Shown one piece after another: positions 41,090 to 51,169 of a stretch of DNA of 64,000 nucleotides. Position numbers and translations under genes: made by a program. This stretch comes from Gemmatimonadales bacterium (GTDB taxonomy: Bacteria; Gemmatimonadota; Gemmatimonadetes; Gemmatimonadales; GWC2-71-9), in the NCBI GenBank assembly GCA_041577295.1, contig JBFGJG010000008.1, forward strand, positions 49,782 to 113,781, written 5' to 3'. The notes beneath the pieces were generated by a model. That model was not told the DNA's origin, made no database searches, and was given only the letters and a program-made list of their open reading frames with translations. How positions within the stretch are numbered: the stretch's first letter is position 1; the number at the start of each line of letters is the position of its first letter.

Positions 41090-42894
41090 CGTGTAAGCTC
41101 GCGGTTGAGCTCGGTCATCGCGCGCTCGCTCCGCTCGAGAAACGCTTGCATGTCGTCCACATTCGGCTCCGACGGTGCAAAGCGTTGCCGATCACACACC
41201 TCGAGACAGGCGAAGTACTCATCCACCACGGCTTCGGGGATGCCGCGCCCATGCAGCAGCCGTTTTACGTCATCGCGGATCATCCCCGCTTCCGCGACGT
41301 TGAGCTTGTCCCCGAGGAATCCCTCGAGCGAACGGCCCATCTCGGCGTAGAACTGCCGCTGGGTGTCCTCCGCCAGGAGCGCCCGTGCACGTGCCAGTCG
41401 CTTGCGAGCCAGCCGCCCCGCGCGCCGGTGGCGAGCATAGGCAACATCGCCGGCCAGTCGGTCGCGCTGACGGCGTACACCCCACGCACCAAGGACACCC
41501 AACAACGGTGTCACTAGTACCAACCAAAACCCGGGCGCCTCGAACACCGTCTTGCCCGCAGGACGAAACTCCGGCGTCACCACCCGGATGAACCGGATGT
41601 CCTGCCGGAGTGGATCGACCCTACCCCGCGTCCGGCTCGCGACGATGGGCCCTTCGAGTGCGGGCCCCGTCACGTCGAGCTCGATCGGATTGGTCGCAGC
41701 GGTCGCGTACGCCTGACGGGTCGGATCGAAGTACGTCATGCGCACTGATGGGATCGTTTTGATACCGGGAACCCGTGGAATCACGACGTACTCGATGGAC
41801 TTGGTCCCACGCACGCCGCCCGCATGCCGCTCGATCTGTTGACTCACGTTTGGCGGATACACCTCGAAATCATCTGGGAAACGCACGGTCGGTTCCGGGA
41901 GTGTTCGGATATTCCCGTCTCCAGCGATACGCAGGCGATACGTTAGCGCTTTATTGGTCTCGGCGTTCGACTCGCTGAGCGAAGATGACAGCGAGAGGGT
42001 TCCGACGAACCCGGTGAAATCCCGCGGCTTGCCGCTTTCGGGAAGGGGGAGCACCTCAACTGTCACGGGCTGCGACGCCACGACGACGGGGACGTTGGTT
42101 CCGAACAACGAGCCACGGCCAAACCGGTCGAAGAAATCGTCCATCGGGTCGCGCGATCGGCGACGGACGCGCACCTGAGCCTCGATGGACAACGGCTCGA
42201 TGGTCTTCGTCCCAGGTCCCGTTGGGAACAGTGCCACCTTCCGCAAAACAGCGCTTGCGTATTGCACACCGTCACGCACCACCTGCTCAACCTGCGGTGA
42301 CTGCTCTTGCGGAAACTCCTCCGCCCAAAACCCCGTCGTGCTTGGCAGACGCGACACGTTGTAGCCATCGACGTTCACCCGAGTGTAGATCCGGTACTCG
42401 ACCACGACCGGTTGGTTTTCGTACACACGTCTCCTGCTTACCTCTGCCACAATGAAGAGATCGTTAGGATCGACGGTCGCGTCATCCCCTCGCTGATTAG
42501 GACCACCGCGCGGCGGCGCCGCACTAACCGTCAGCGTGAGTGACTCAGTTCGGAGTCGCTTCCCACCGGCACGCACCTCGGCTGGGCCAATCGTGAACGT
42601 GCCCTCCTTAGTAGCCTGAAACCGGTGCTGTTGGGTGACAGATACCGTGGTGCGGCCGTTCACGATCTGCATCGAGGTCGTCGTACCGCTGCCCAGGTAA
42701 ATCGAAAAATCACTCAGGTCAGGGAGCTCTGGTTGCGCATCGACCTGCTGGGTGCCGCTCACCTCGATGTTCAGGACGAACTGCTGGTTGAGGCCGACGG
42801 TGCGACTGCTGAGATAGGCGCGTACCGTGATATCCTGTGCTGAAAGCGAGGCCGCAACGGTGATCATCAGCAGGATGAGCCAACCCCTTACCAT
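41086..42894 (-). CDS. batD: BatD-family protein
   Basis: TSMQIVNG, GFWAEE, GDGNI, YFDP motifs; operon position. Confidence 0.85.
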   Translation of the reverse strand: MVRGWLILLMITVAASLSAQDITVRAYLSSRTVGLNQQFVLNIEVSGTQQVDAQPELPDLSDFSIYLGSGTTTSMQIVNGRTTVSVTQQHRFQATKEGTFTIGPAEVRAGGKRLRTESLTLTVSAAPPRGGPNQRGDDATVDPNDLFIVAEVSRRRVYENQPVVVEYRIYTRVNVDGYNVSRLPSTTGFWAEEFPQEQSPQVEQVVRDGVQYASAVLRKVALFPTGPGTKTIEPLSIEAQVRVRRRSRDPMDDFFDRFGRGSLFGTNVPVVVASQPVTVEVLPLPESGKPRDFTGFVGTLSLSSSLSESNAETNKALTYRLRIAGDGNIRTLPEPTVRFPDDFEVYPPNVSQQIERHAGGVRGTKSIEYVVIPRVPGIKTIPSVRMTYFDPTRQAYATAATNPIELDVTGPALEGPIVASRTRGRVDPLRQDIRFIRVVTPEFRPAGKTVFEAPGFWLVLVTPLLGVLGAWGVRRQRDRLAGDVAYARHRRAGRLARKRLARARALLAEDTQRQFYAEMGRSLEGFLGDKLNVAEAGMIRDDVKRLLHGRGIPEAVVDEYFACLEVCDRQRFAPSEPNVDDMQAFLERSERAMTELNRELTR

Positions 42895-43679
42895 GGCTTC
42901 CTCACCCGACGTTGCACCGTTGGTACCCGCTGGCGCTGAATCTCACCCGGATCCTCGGAGATCGCCTGTAACAACCGCTCCAACTCCTCGCGGGTCATCT
43001 GGCCCGGTACCGACTGTGGCTGTTGTGGCTGTTGCTGCTCTGATTGATTCTCCGGTTGATTCTGCCCCTGCCTTTGCTGCTGCTGTGGATTCTGGTCTTG
43101 CCGATCTTGCTGTTGGTCTTGCTCCTGTTGGTCTCGCTGTTGGTCCTGTTGTTGGTCCTGTTGCTGCTGTTCATTCTGCTGTTGCTGGCTTTGATCCCGC
43201 TGTTGCTGGTTTTGATCGTTTTGCTGGTTTTGATTCTGTTGCTGCTCGAGCTGTTTTCGTACCAGTTCGAGGTTGTGTTTCGCGTCCATGTCAGTCGGAT
43301 CGTACCGCAAGGCTTGCTTGTACGCTTCGAGACTCTCCTGAAGCTGTTGTTGCCGGTACAGAGCATTCCCCAAGTTGTACCACGCTTTGGACTCGAGCGA
43401 TGGGTCACCCGATTGGGCAGCCTCGCGGAAAGCATCCAATGCCCGCTGGTACTCGTCAGTCTTGTACAAGGCGTTACCGTCGTTGAACCGAATGACGGGC
43501 GAATCTGGAGCGTCCCGCAACGCTTCCAAGTACTTCTCATGCGCTGCGTCATAGCGTCCCTCGGCGTACAGCCTATTCCCCTCTTTGACCTCGGCTCTCC
43601 CCTTCTGCGCGTGGAGGGCAGAGGGACCGAGCATTAGGAGCGCGAGCGCAGGCACGACTCGGAGGATCGCTGCCTTCAT
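42888..43679 (-). CDS. batC: BatC-like TPR protein with Gln-rich tail
   Basis: AWYNLGNALY..YKQALRYDPTDMDAKHNLEL, poly-Q region, C-terminal KPW. Start at 43679. Confidence 0.85.
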   Translation of the reverse strand: MKAAILRVVPALALLMLGPSALHAQKGRAEVKEGNRLYAEGRYDAAHEKYLEALRDAPDSPVIRFNDGNALYKTDEYQRALDAFREAAQSGDPSLESKAWYNLGNALYRQQQLQESLEAYKQALRYDPTDMDAKHNLELVRKQLEQQQNQNQQNDQNQQQRDQSQQQQNEQQQQDQQQDQQRDQQEQDQQQDRQDQNPQQQQRQGQNQPENQSEQQQPQQPQSVPGQMTREELERLLQAISEDPGEIQRQRVPTVQRRVRKPW

Positions 43680-44707
43680 TGAAACCTCCCGTGCCACGCG
43701 GCCCTTGCCCTACGCCGATCCGGTACGAAGAACTCGCCAACGAGTAGCAGAAGCGCCAGGCCGAGAAAGATCTGGTACTGCTCCTCGAACTGTGTGACTT
43801 GCTGAGCCTCGATCGTTCGGCCTTCCAGACCTGCGATCTCGTCCGCTAACACGTTCAACTCTCCACCACCGACGGTTGCACGGAGGTAGCGGCCACCCGT
43901 CTGCTGGGCGATCCGCTGCAACGTTGCCTCGTCCAGGCTGGTCGTGACGACGTTCCCGTCGGCATCGCGCTCGAACCCGCGCCGGCGCCCCGCTTCATCG
44001 AAGGCGGGAATGGGCACCCCATCCGAGGATCCAACACCAACTGTGTAGATTCGCACGCGCCGGTCCGTTGCGCCTTCGAGTGCCGCGTCAATCCCTCCCT
44101 CGTGATCCTCACCATCGGTTATCACGATCAACACCCGGTCCTGCTGGGCCTGGGGATCGAACATGTCGAGCGATACCGTGAGCGCGCGTCCCAGGTTCGT
44201 TCCCTGCACCGGCACGATTTCCGGACCCATCGCGTTCAAGAAGAGCTTGGCTGCGGCATAGTCCACCGTCAGGGGGGTTTGCACAAACGCTTCTCCGGCA
44301 AACGCCACGAGGCCAATCCGATCACCATCCAGTCGATCGATCAGTCGGGAGACAGCGAGCTTCGCCTTCTCCAGTCGGCTCGGCTGGATATCCTCGGCGA
44401 GCATCGATACCGACAGGTCGAGCGCCACGACGAGATCCATCCCCTCGCGCTGCACCGTCTCCACGCGGGTGCCATACTGCGGACGGGCAAGCGCCGTCAC
44501 GAGCAGCGCGACAGTCACTAGGAGTAAGATCACCTTGGCCAGCTGCCCGCGCCGGCTCACCGATTGCGCCAACCGGCGCACCAAATGGGCTTCGCCAAAG
44601 CGCCGCAATGCTGCTCGCCTTTGCTTGAACGCAAGCCACAGAAACACGCTGAGCACTGGCACGATCGCAAATGCATATAGCGCTTCGTCGAACCCAAACT
44701 GAAACAT
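43676..44707 (-). CDS. batB: BatB VWA-domain protein
   Basis: ALARPQYG, DLSVSM (MIDAS), PLTVDY, ITDGEDHE. Confidence 0.88.
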   Translation of the reverse strand: MFQFGFDEALYAFAIVPVLSVFLWLAFKQRRAALRRFGEAHLVRRLAQSVSRRGQLAKVILLLVTVALLVTALARPQYGTRVETVQREGMDLVVALDLSVSMLAEDIQPSRLEKAKLAVSRLIDRLDGDRIGLVAFAGEAFVQTPLTVDYAAAKLFLNAMGPEIVPVQGTNLGRALTVSLDMFDPQAQQDRVLIVITDGEDHEGGIDAALEGATDRRVRIYTVGVGSSDGVPIPAFDEAGRRRGFERDADGNVVTTSLDEATLQRIAQQTGGRYLRATVGGGELNVLADEIAGLEGRTIEAQQVTQFEEQYQIFLGLALLLLVGEFFVPDRRRARAAWHGRFQ

Positions 44708-44728
44708 GTTACGTGGCTGCCTCGCTCT

Positions 44729-45727
44729 TCACGGGAGCTTTCGCAAAATCGTGTGCCCCATGGTTACCTCCAGCACGAGCAGCGCGAGTCCAAAGGTGAG
44801 CGGGTAGTGAAATAGCTCACCGTAGCGCGTGAAATGCTGCACCTCTATCTCGGTGGTCTCGAGCTTGTCGATTTCCTGATAGATGCGCTCGAGACTCTCG
44901 CGATCGGTCGCGCGAAAGTACTCGCCATTCGTGAGCTGCGCCGTCTCTTTCAACGCGTCCTCATCGATTTCCACCCGCATCGGAACGTACCGTCTGCCTC
45001 CAAACGCATCTCGCACGGGAACGCGCGTCATTCCCCGGGTGCCAGCTCCGATGGCGTACACCTTGATCCCCACGGTCTGAGCCATCTGCGCCGCGGTGAG
45101 CGGATCGATCTCCCCACGGTTGTTCCGGCCGTCGGTAAGAAGGATGATTACGCGGGACTCAGCGTCGCTATTGGTCAGCCGCTTGACTGCCGTGGCGAGG
45201 CCCATGCCGATAGCCGTCCCGTCTTCGATCATTCCGACGGTCAACTCGTCCAAGAGGCTGGTCACCACCTGGTGGTCGAGCGTAAGCGGCGCCTGGGTGA
45301 ACGCCTGCGCGGCAAAGATGACCAGACCGATCCGGTCGTTCCGCCGGCCCTCGACAAACTGCGCGGCGACCTGTTTGGCTGCCTCCAGACGGTTGGGCTC
45401 GAGGTCCTCCGCCAGCATGGAGCTGGAAATGTCCATCGCCAGCACGATGTCGATGCCCTCGGTCACCACGTTCTCACCACTCACACCGGACTGAGGGCGA
45501 GCAAACGCCACGATCAAGGCCGTAAGGGCGATCATCCTAAGCGCAAACAGGATGTGCCGAAACCTGCCTGACCTCGTGATGTCGGACCGCTTCACGACCT
45601 CGACATGCGAGTACCTGAGGGCACCCGGCTTCTGGACTCGTTGCCGCGCCACGTACCAGTACACCAAAAGTGGGAGCGCTAAGAACAAGAGGAGGTAGTA
45701 CGGATCCGCGAATCGGTACAGCATCAT
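44729..45727 (-). CDS. batA: BatA VWA-domain protein
   Basis: AFARPQ, DISSSM, DGTAIGMGLA, LLTDGRNNRGEIDP. Confidence 0.9.
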   Translation of the reverse strand: MMLYRFADPYYLLLFLALPLLVYWYVARQRVQKPGALRYSHVEVVKRSDITRSGRFRHILFALRMIALTALIVAFARPQSGVSGENVVTEGIDIVLAMDISSSMLAEDLEPNRLEAAKQVAAQFVEGRRNDRIGLVIFAAQAFTQAPLTLDHQVVTSLLDELTVGMIEDGTAIGMGLATAVKRLTNSDAESRVIILLTDGRNNRGEIDPLTAAQMAQTVGIKVYAIGAGTRGMTRVPVRDAFGGRRYVPMRVEIDEDALKETAQLTNGEYFRATDRESLERIYQEIDKLETTEIEVQHFTRYGELFHYPLTFGLALLVLEVTMGHTILRKLP

Positions 45728-46683
45728 GCCGCTACCTCGGCCGCTCGTACCGCTTCGACCTGTTTGGTCTCATCCACCAGCGCGCGCGCACGCGGTATCA
45801 TGGCCGTCGATGCCGCAGTTTCCGGCTGGAACTTCGCGAACTTCACCAGATCGCAATCGCGCAGGAACCCGGCCAGCGCATCGCGTACGGTGGCCTTGAT
45901 GTCGACGCATTCGACCGCTTCGATCACCTCGTGGGTTGCCATCTCAAGCGCATCGATCCCGTAGCGATCTTCGAGATAAGTCCGGATGATCTCGGATACG
46001 GCAATGTGGAACGCCTTGACCTTGCCTCGCTCGATAATGCCAGAAGCAGCAAGCTGATCGAGCGCTTCATACGCCACCACGTGCGCAGGTCGCTGCCGTG
46101 CAGCCGGCACCGATTCCAATGCCGGCGTGGCCCGTGCACGCCAGCGTCGGTACAGCCAGTACACCACACCAAGCGCGGCCAGGGACCCGAGAATCCACAG
46201 GGTGACGAGCAAGGGGCTCAGTGGGATTGAGAGTGGTCCCTTGATGTCGCGGATCTCGCCACTCTCATCGAGGCCCACGCTCTCGATCGTGATGTCGAAC
46301 GCATCCGTCGCGAGCACGGTTGCGGTCCCATCGTCACCGATGACGGCAATCTCGAAGCTGGGCAGTTCTAGGTCCCCCAGCTCGAAGGTCGTGAGGGTGA
46401 AGCGAGCGCTCGACCGCAGGCGACCCCCGGCATCCTGAGGCTCCATCACCCTGGCAGACAGCACCTCGAACGCGCCGAGGTTCAACGTGTCGGGCCAGTC
46501 GACCGCCGCACCGGCGTCGTGCTCGACCGTCACCGTGAGGACCATGCGGTCGCCGACGGCTTGAGCCACCGAGTCAATTCGCGTGTCCACCGTGGGCTCG
46601 GTACTCTGAGCCATCAAGGGGTCCCATGCCGCCAGTGTCAGCACCGCCGCCACGAATCCCAATAAGCTGGGCCGGCGAATCAT
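45724..46683 (-). CDS. bat-operon membrane protein
   Basis: Signal peptide, IRDIKGP followed by a TM segment, DLVKFAK. Confidence 0.8.
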   Translation of the reverse strand: MIRRPSLLGFVAAVLTLAAWDPLMAQSTEPTVDTRIDSVAQAVGDRMVLTVTVEHDAGAAVDWPDTLNLGAFEVLSARVMEPQDAGGRLRSSARFTLTTFELGDLELPSFEIAVIGDDGTATVLATDAFDITIESVGLDESGEIRDIKGPLSIPLSPLLVTLWILGSLAALGVVYWLYRRWRARATPALESVPAARQRPAHVVAYEALDQLAASGIIERGKVKAFHIAVSEIIRTYLEDRYGIDALEMATHEVIEAVECVDIKATVRDALAGFLRDCDLVKFAKFQPETAASTAMIPRARALVDETKQVEAVRAAEVAA

Positions 46684-47558
46684 CGGAACCGCCTCGCGCG
46701 CTGCTGAAAGAACCGCATGAGGGGCTCCACGTACGGCTCGTGTGTTTTGATCCGAATGACGTCCACCTTCGTCTTGCGAAACATCCTCGTGAGAGCGGTA
46801 TCCGCCACTGTCGTGTGTTGCGCAAACGCTTTCTGAAACTGCGGGCTCGAGGTGTTCACGGTCACCACCGTACCCGTTTCGGCGTCCTCGAACTCCACAT
46901 ACCCAATGGGTGGCAGCTCACGCTCTCGACGATCCAACATGTGCACGGCGACGACATCGTGGCGGCGGCCAGCGACCGCGAGGGCCTTCTGGTAGTCCTG
47001 TGCGATGAAGTCGGAGACGAGAAACACCACCGCCCGTCGCGGCAGCACACGAGTCATGTACTCGAGTGCGCCGGCGATGTCGGTCCCGCGACTTTCTGGC
47101 TCGAAGTAGAGCAGCTCCCGTAGCACGCGGAGCACGTGCCGCCGCCCCTTCTTGGGCGGAACGAACTTCTCGATCCGGTCACTGAAGATGATGAGGCCCA
47201 CCTTATCGTTGTTCTTGATTGCGCTGAAGGCCAGGAGCGCACAGATCTCGACTGCCACTTCTCCTTTCATCCGGTCGCGGGTGCCAAACTCGCCAGAGCC
47301 GCTCACGTCCACCAACAGCATGACGGTGAGTTCCCGATCCTCCTCGAAAACCTTGACGAACGGTGCACCGGTACGTGCGGTCACGTTCCAGTCGATGGTT
47401 CGGATGTCGTCGCCGTACTGGTATTCGCGCACCTCGGCGAAGTTCATCCCGCGTCCCTTGAAGACGGAGTGGTACTCGCCCGAAAAGACGTCGTTCACCA
47501 GCCCACGGGTGGCGATCTCGATGCGGCGGACCTTCTTGAGGATTTCGCGGGGAATCAT
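46680..47558 (-). CDS. DUF58 protein
   Basis: FKGRGMNFAEVREYQYGDDIRTIDWNVTAR. Confidence 0.92.
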   Translation of the reverse strand: MIPREILKKVRRIEIATRGLVNDVFSGEYHSVFKGRGMNFAEVREYQYGDDIRTIDWNVTARTGAPFVKVFEEDRELTVMLLVDVSGSGEFGTRDRMKGEVAVEICALLAFSAIKNNDKVGLIIFSDRIEKFVPPKKGRRHVLRVLRELLYFEPESRGTDIAGALEYMTRVLPRRAVVFLVSDFIAQDYQKALAVAGRRHDVVAVHMLDRRERELPPIGYVEFEDAETGTVVTVNTSSPQFQKAFAQHTTVADTALTRMFRKTKVDVIRIKTHEPYVEPLMRFFQQRARRFR

Positions 47559-47567
47559 GGGCAGCGA

Positions 47568-48557
47568 CTACGGGACTTCGACGCTGTTGAGCACGCGGGT
47601 CACGACATCTTCACTTGTGACCTCTTCGGCCTCCGCTTCGTAGGTGAGGAGCACGCGGTGGCGCAATACATCCATCCCCACCGAGCGAACGTCTTCGGGT
47701 GTGACATACCCACGGCGTCTCAGGAACGCGTGCGCACGCGCCGTCTTCGCCAGGTTGATCGATGCTCGCGGTGACGCACCAAAGGCGACGAGGTCGGTGA
47801 GATCGTCTAATCCGTTCCCCTTGGGATCGCGCGTGGCAAACACGAGATTCACGATGTACTGCTCCACCTGCGGATCCATGTAGATCATTTCCACAGCCTT
47901 GCGGGCGCGGAGGATCTCCTCGGGCGTGACTACGGGCTGGACCTCGGGCTCGGGCCCGGTGGACATGCGCCGCATGATCTCGAGCTCTTCGTCTTTGTTG
48001 GGGTAGCCCACCGCCAGCTTGAGCATGAAGCGGTCGACCTGCGCCTCAGGAAGCGGGTACGTGCCTTCTTGCTCGATTGGGTTCTGCGTGGCCAACACGA
48101 GGAACGGCTTGTCCAAGGGAAAGGTGTTCTCCCCAATGGTGACCGTGCGCTCCTGCATGGCCTCGAGCAAAGCGGACTGCACCTTTGCGGGTGAGCGGTT
48201 GATCTCATCCGCCAGGATGATGTTCGCAAAGATCGGCCCCTTCTTCGTCTTGAACGTGGACTCATGGGGGTCGTAGACCAGCGTCCCGATCAGATCCGCC
48301 GGCAGCAGGTCTGGCGTGAACTGGATGCGGCGAAACGTCGTCTTGATCGCCCGGGCAAGCGTGCGAACCGTCATGGTCTTGGCCAGCCCTGGGACACCCT
48401 CCATCAGCACGTGGCCATCGGCCAGGAGGCCGATCAGCAGCCGTTCCACCATGTAGCGCTGGCCCACGATCACCTGCGAGACGGTGTCGACCAGGCGACC
48501 GACGAACGCGCTCTCTTGTTGAACCTTCTCTTGGATGACCTCTATTTCGCGACTCAT
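47568..48557 (-). CDS. moxR: MoxR AAA+ ATPase
   Basis: EGVPGLAKT, RIQFTPDLLPAD, DEINR, ATQNPIEQEGTYPLPEAQVDRF. Start at ATG 48557. Confidence 0.95.
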   Translation of the reverse strand: MSREIEVIQEKVQQESAFVGRLVDTVSQVIVGQRYMVERLLIGLLADGHVLMEGVPGLAKTMTVRTLARAIKTTFRRIQFTPDLLPADLIGTLVYDPHESTFKTKKGPIFANIILADEINRSPAKVQSALLEAMQERTVTIGENTFPLDKPFLVLATQNPIEQEGTYPLPEAQVDRFMLKLAVGYPNKDEELEIMRRMSTGPEPEVQPVVTPEEILRARKAVEMIYMDPQVEQYIVNLVFATRDPKGNGLDDLTDLVAFGASPRASINLAKTARAHAFLRRRGYVTPEDVRSVGMDVLRHRVLLTYEAEAEEVTSEDVVTRVLNSVEVP

Positions 48558-48799
48558 GACCGATGGCAGACTGTTGATTGTTGATAGGATGATCGCTGGA
48601 GGAAGGCTCCAGCCGTTTCGCGGCATGCGCCCCGGCTTCGGCAGAGACCCTCGGGAGTGCATGATCCGGCCAATAATCTGTAAGAGGATGAACGACGAAT
48701 GGGAATGGTCGCATTGCGCAGAGGATCCGAGGGCGTAGGAGAGGCACTGGGGATTGGCCGACCGGGCCGATCACCCATCGCGCATCCTCAATCGCGGAT

Positions 48800-49843
48800 T
48801 CACGACCTCGGTGCATCTCCTTTAAACAGCCTTCCTCGCCGCCGTCGGGCGGCGTCTTGCATATCGACCGTCGTATCCGTCTCATCGACGATTTCAGCAC
48901 CCAAGAGCGCCTCCACGACATCCTCCAGGGTAACGACGCCCATCACGTGTCCGAACTCGTCGAGTACGCTGAACAGATGAGCGCGCTCACGAAGGAATGC
49001 GGTAAGCAGGGCATACCCGCTGGCCGTCTCGGGTACGAAGTGGAGGGGTTTGGCCAGCGAGGCAAGGGTAGTCGTCTCCTGACCGCTCGCGATGCATCGA
49101 AGGACGTCTCGTTGCAGCACGACGCCTTCCCACTGCTCCGGATCGTCCGCCGCGTGAACCGGAATGCGGGCAAATGGGAGGTTCATGATTTGATCTCGCA
49201 CTCCCATGACGGTCGCGTCGGCCCGCATCCTGAAGACGACGTTTCGCGGAGTCAGAATGTCTCTGGCACGGACGTCGTTCAAGCGCAACACGTTGTGAAC
49301 GAGGTCGGCTTCCAGCGGGAGAATACTCCCTTCTTCGGCGCTGATCCTGGCCAGTTGCTGGACCTCATCCTCCGGCGCTACGGGCTGTGGTTGTCCACGC
49401 AGCGCACGGGTCACCGCGTCGGTGAGCCACACCATCGGGAACAACGCCAACAGCACCCACTGAAGCGGCAGGCTAATTAGCGGAGCGACGATTCGATTGA
49501 ACGTAACGCCGAGGACCTTCGGGACGATCTCCGAGAAGAACAACACACTGAGCGTGAACAATATCGTGAAGGAAAGGAGGACGCCCTCGCCAAACAGCTC
49601 TCGAGCCTGAGCACCGGCAATGGTTGCCCCGGCCGTGTTGGCCGTCGTGTTGAGGATCAGAATGGCAGCGATCGGTTGCTGGATATTCTCCTTGAACCGC
49701 AGCAGCCGAGGCCCCGCTTTGCTACCGCGGTCCATGAGCTTGCGGATATACGGGAGACGAACGGCATACAGCCCCGCCTCGGAGAGAGAACAGAATGCGG
49801 ATACGGTAAGGACCACGGTCACGGAAATCACGAGCAACAGCAT
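48800..49843 (-). CDS. CNNM (DUF21)-CBS domain protein
   Basis: SAFCSLSEA, ILILNT, SEIVPK, TPR..VF, DEFG..GVVTLEDVVE. Confidence 0.9.
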   Translation of the reverse strand: MLLLVISVTVVLTVSAFCSLSEAGLYAVRLPYIRKLMDRGSKAGPRLLRFKENIQQPIAAILILNTTANTAGATIAGAQARELFGEGVLLSFTILFTLSVLFFSEIVPKVLGVTFNRIVAPLISLPLQWVLLALFPMVWLTDAVTRALRGQPQPVAPEDEVQQLARISAEEGSILPLEADLVHNVLRLNDVRARDILTPRNVVFRMRADATVMGVRDQIMNLPFARIPVHAADDPEQWEGVVLQRDVLRCIASGQETTTLASLAKPLHFVPETASGYALLTAFLRERAHLFSVLDEFGHVMGVVTLEDVVEALLGAEIVDETDTTVDMQDAARRRRGRLFKGDAPRS

Positions 49844-49970
49844 GGTAACCCACCATCAATGAGAAGGGGAACTCCTACCACTATGGGGTGCTTCGATAAT
49901 CGTGGTCAACTGTCGAGGAGAGGGAGAGGGGGCAGGGTTCGAAATCCTCCACCCTGCCTCCTCTGCACTT

Positions 49971-50519
49971 CTACAGATCTGGGCCCTTGTCCTTGGATCC
50001 TATTTGCCCCCGTACCTCACCTGGGGGGTACGCAATCGTATGCACGTTGACGTAGGCTCCGCCGCTACGGAGGCGCTCGGCGAGGGCGGCCATCGTACCG
50101 TCAAAGCCCGTCCGCGGGATGAGATCCTCCTCCTTGAGGGTACCGGATGCCAAGAGTCCGTGCGGTGTCACCCCTTCTGGCACGAACCCGAACAGGAACG
50201 CAACCACGGGACCGTTCGCGCCGGCCGCGCCAAGGTGGATGTGGGACTGTGTGATGTTCGCTACGCCGAAGGTAGACACGCGGAAGTGCAGCATGGTCTC
50301 GTCGGGCGAGAGGAGAAACTGGGCGAACCCATGTCCGTCGGTGTCGACCGGCGGGACCTCCTGGGAACCGGAGAGCCTTGCGAGAAACGTCTGTGCGTGG
50401 TGGCCAGGTGCGAGGTGAAACTCGGCCGTGGGCTCAACTGGTGATTGAGTTTCCTCAGCACATCCGACGAAGGCCGTGAGCGCCACGCTCACGCAAACGA
50501 ACTTCCACTTTGAGTTCAT
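49971..50519 (-). CDS. CHRD-domain lipoprotein
   Basis: FVGC lipobox, LSGSQEVPP, HIHLG, YVNVHT..PGEVRGQ; GGAGG RBS before 50519. Confidence 0.88.
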   Translation of the reverse strand: MNSKWKFVCVSVALTAFVGCAEETQSPVEPTAEFHLAPGHHAQTFLARLSGSQEVPPVDTDGHGFAQFLLSPDETMLHFRVSTFGVANITQSHIHLGAAGANGPVVAFLFGFVPEGVTPHGLLASGTLKEEDLIPRTGFDGTMAALAERLRSGGAYVNVHTIAYPPGEVRGQIGSKDKGPDL

Positions 50520-50594
50520 ACGTACCTCCAGAAAAAAGAATGAGAATGCAGAATTGAATGTATCAATACTCCTTTGCACTCTGCACTTTGCATT

Positions 50595-51017
50595 CTACTC
50601 CTCCCTATACACCATCCCGCCCACGTAAGCAGCCGCGATGAACATCACTAGTGTGTAGCCGAGTGTGATGACGTAGATGCTGGTGGGTGCGATTCCCATG
50701 AGCCAGTTGGCGCCGACGCCGAGGACGTAGAAGATAGCCCAGACAGCCAGCGCGGCCTTCAGGGCGGTGCCGGGTCCGGGGCCAAAGCGCGCGCGTATGG
50801 CTGCATAGACCCACACGAGTGCAAAGCCCAAGAGAAATCCGAGGACAATGAAACCTGCGATTGCGGACCCGCCAACGGGCTCCAGGTTACGGGCCGCCAG
50901 CATCTCCTCCATCGGTCCCGCGAGGACGCTGAGGTTCACGACGCTCTCGACCACATTGATGACGAGTCCCGCCGCCAGCCCACCGCCGATGAGCCTTCCG
51001 GTGTTGATCTGTGCCAT
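50595..51017 (-). CDS. Small four-TM hypothetical protein
   Basis: Hydrophobic helices, YAAIRARFGPGPGTA, GAGG RBS. Start at 51017 or 51026. Confidence 0.78.
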   Translation of the reverse strand: MAQINTGRLIGGGLAAGLVINVVESVVNLSVLAGPMEEMLAARNLEPVGGSAIAGFIVLGFLLGFALVWVYAAIRARFGPGPGTALKAALAVWAIFYVLGVGANWLMGIAPTSIYVITLGYTLVMFIAAAYVGGMVYREE

Positions 51018-51169
51018 GCGGGTCACCTCTCCAGAAGACGAGGATAAAGGAGGAGTAGCTTAACGTCGGGTGCGATGGGTGGTAAGGGAGGAGGGAATTG
51101 CGGATTGCGGATTGTTGATTGCTGAGTGTTACTATAGGATCTTGAATTGTTCAATCTGCACTCTGCAAT

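Noticed and set aside
43015..43250. CTG/TTG-rich repeat and the Leu-rich antisense ORF 43044-43637
   Set aside because: This is the Gln-rich linker normal for BatC; the antisense ORF is its shadow.
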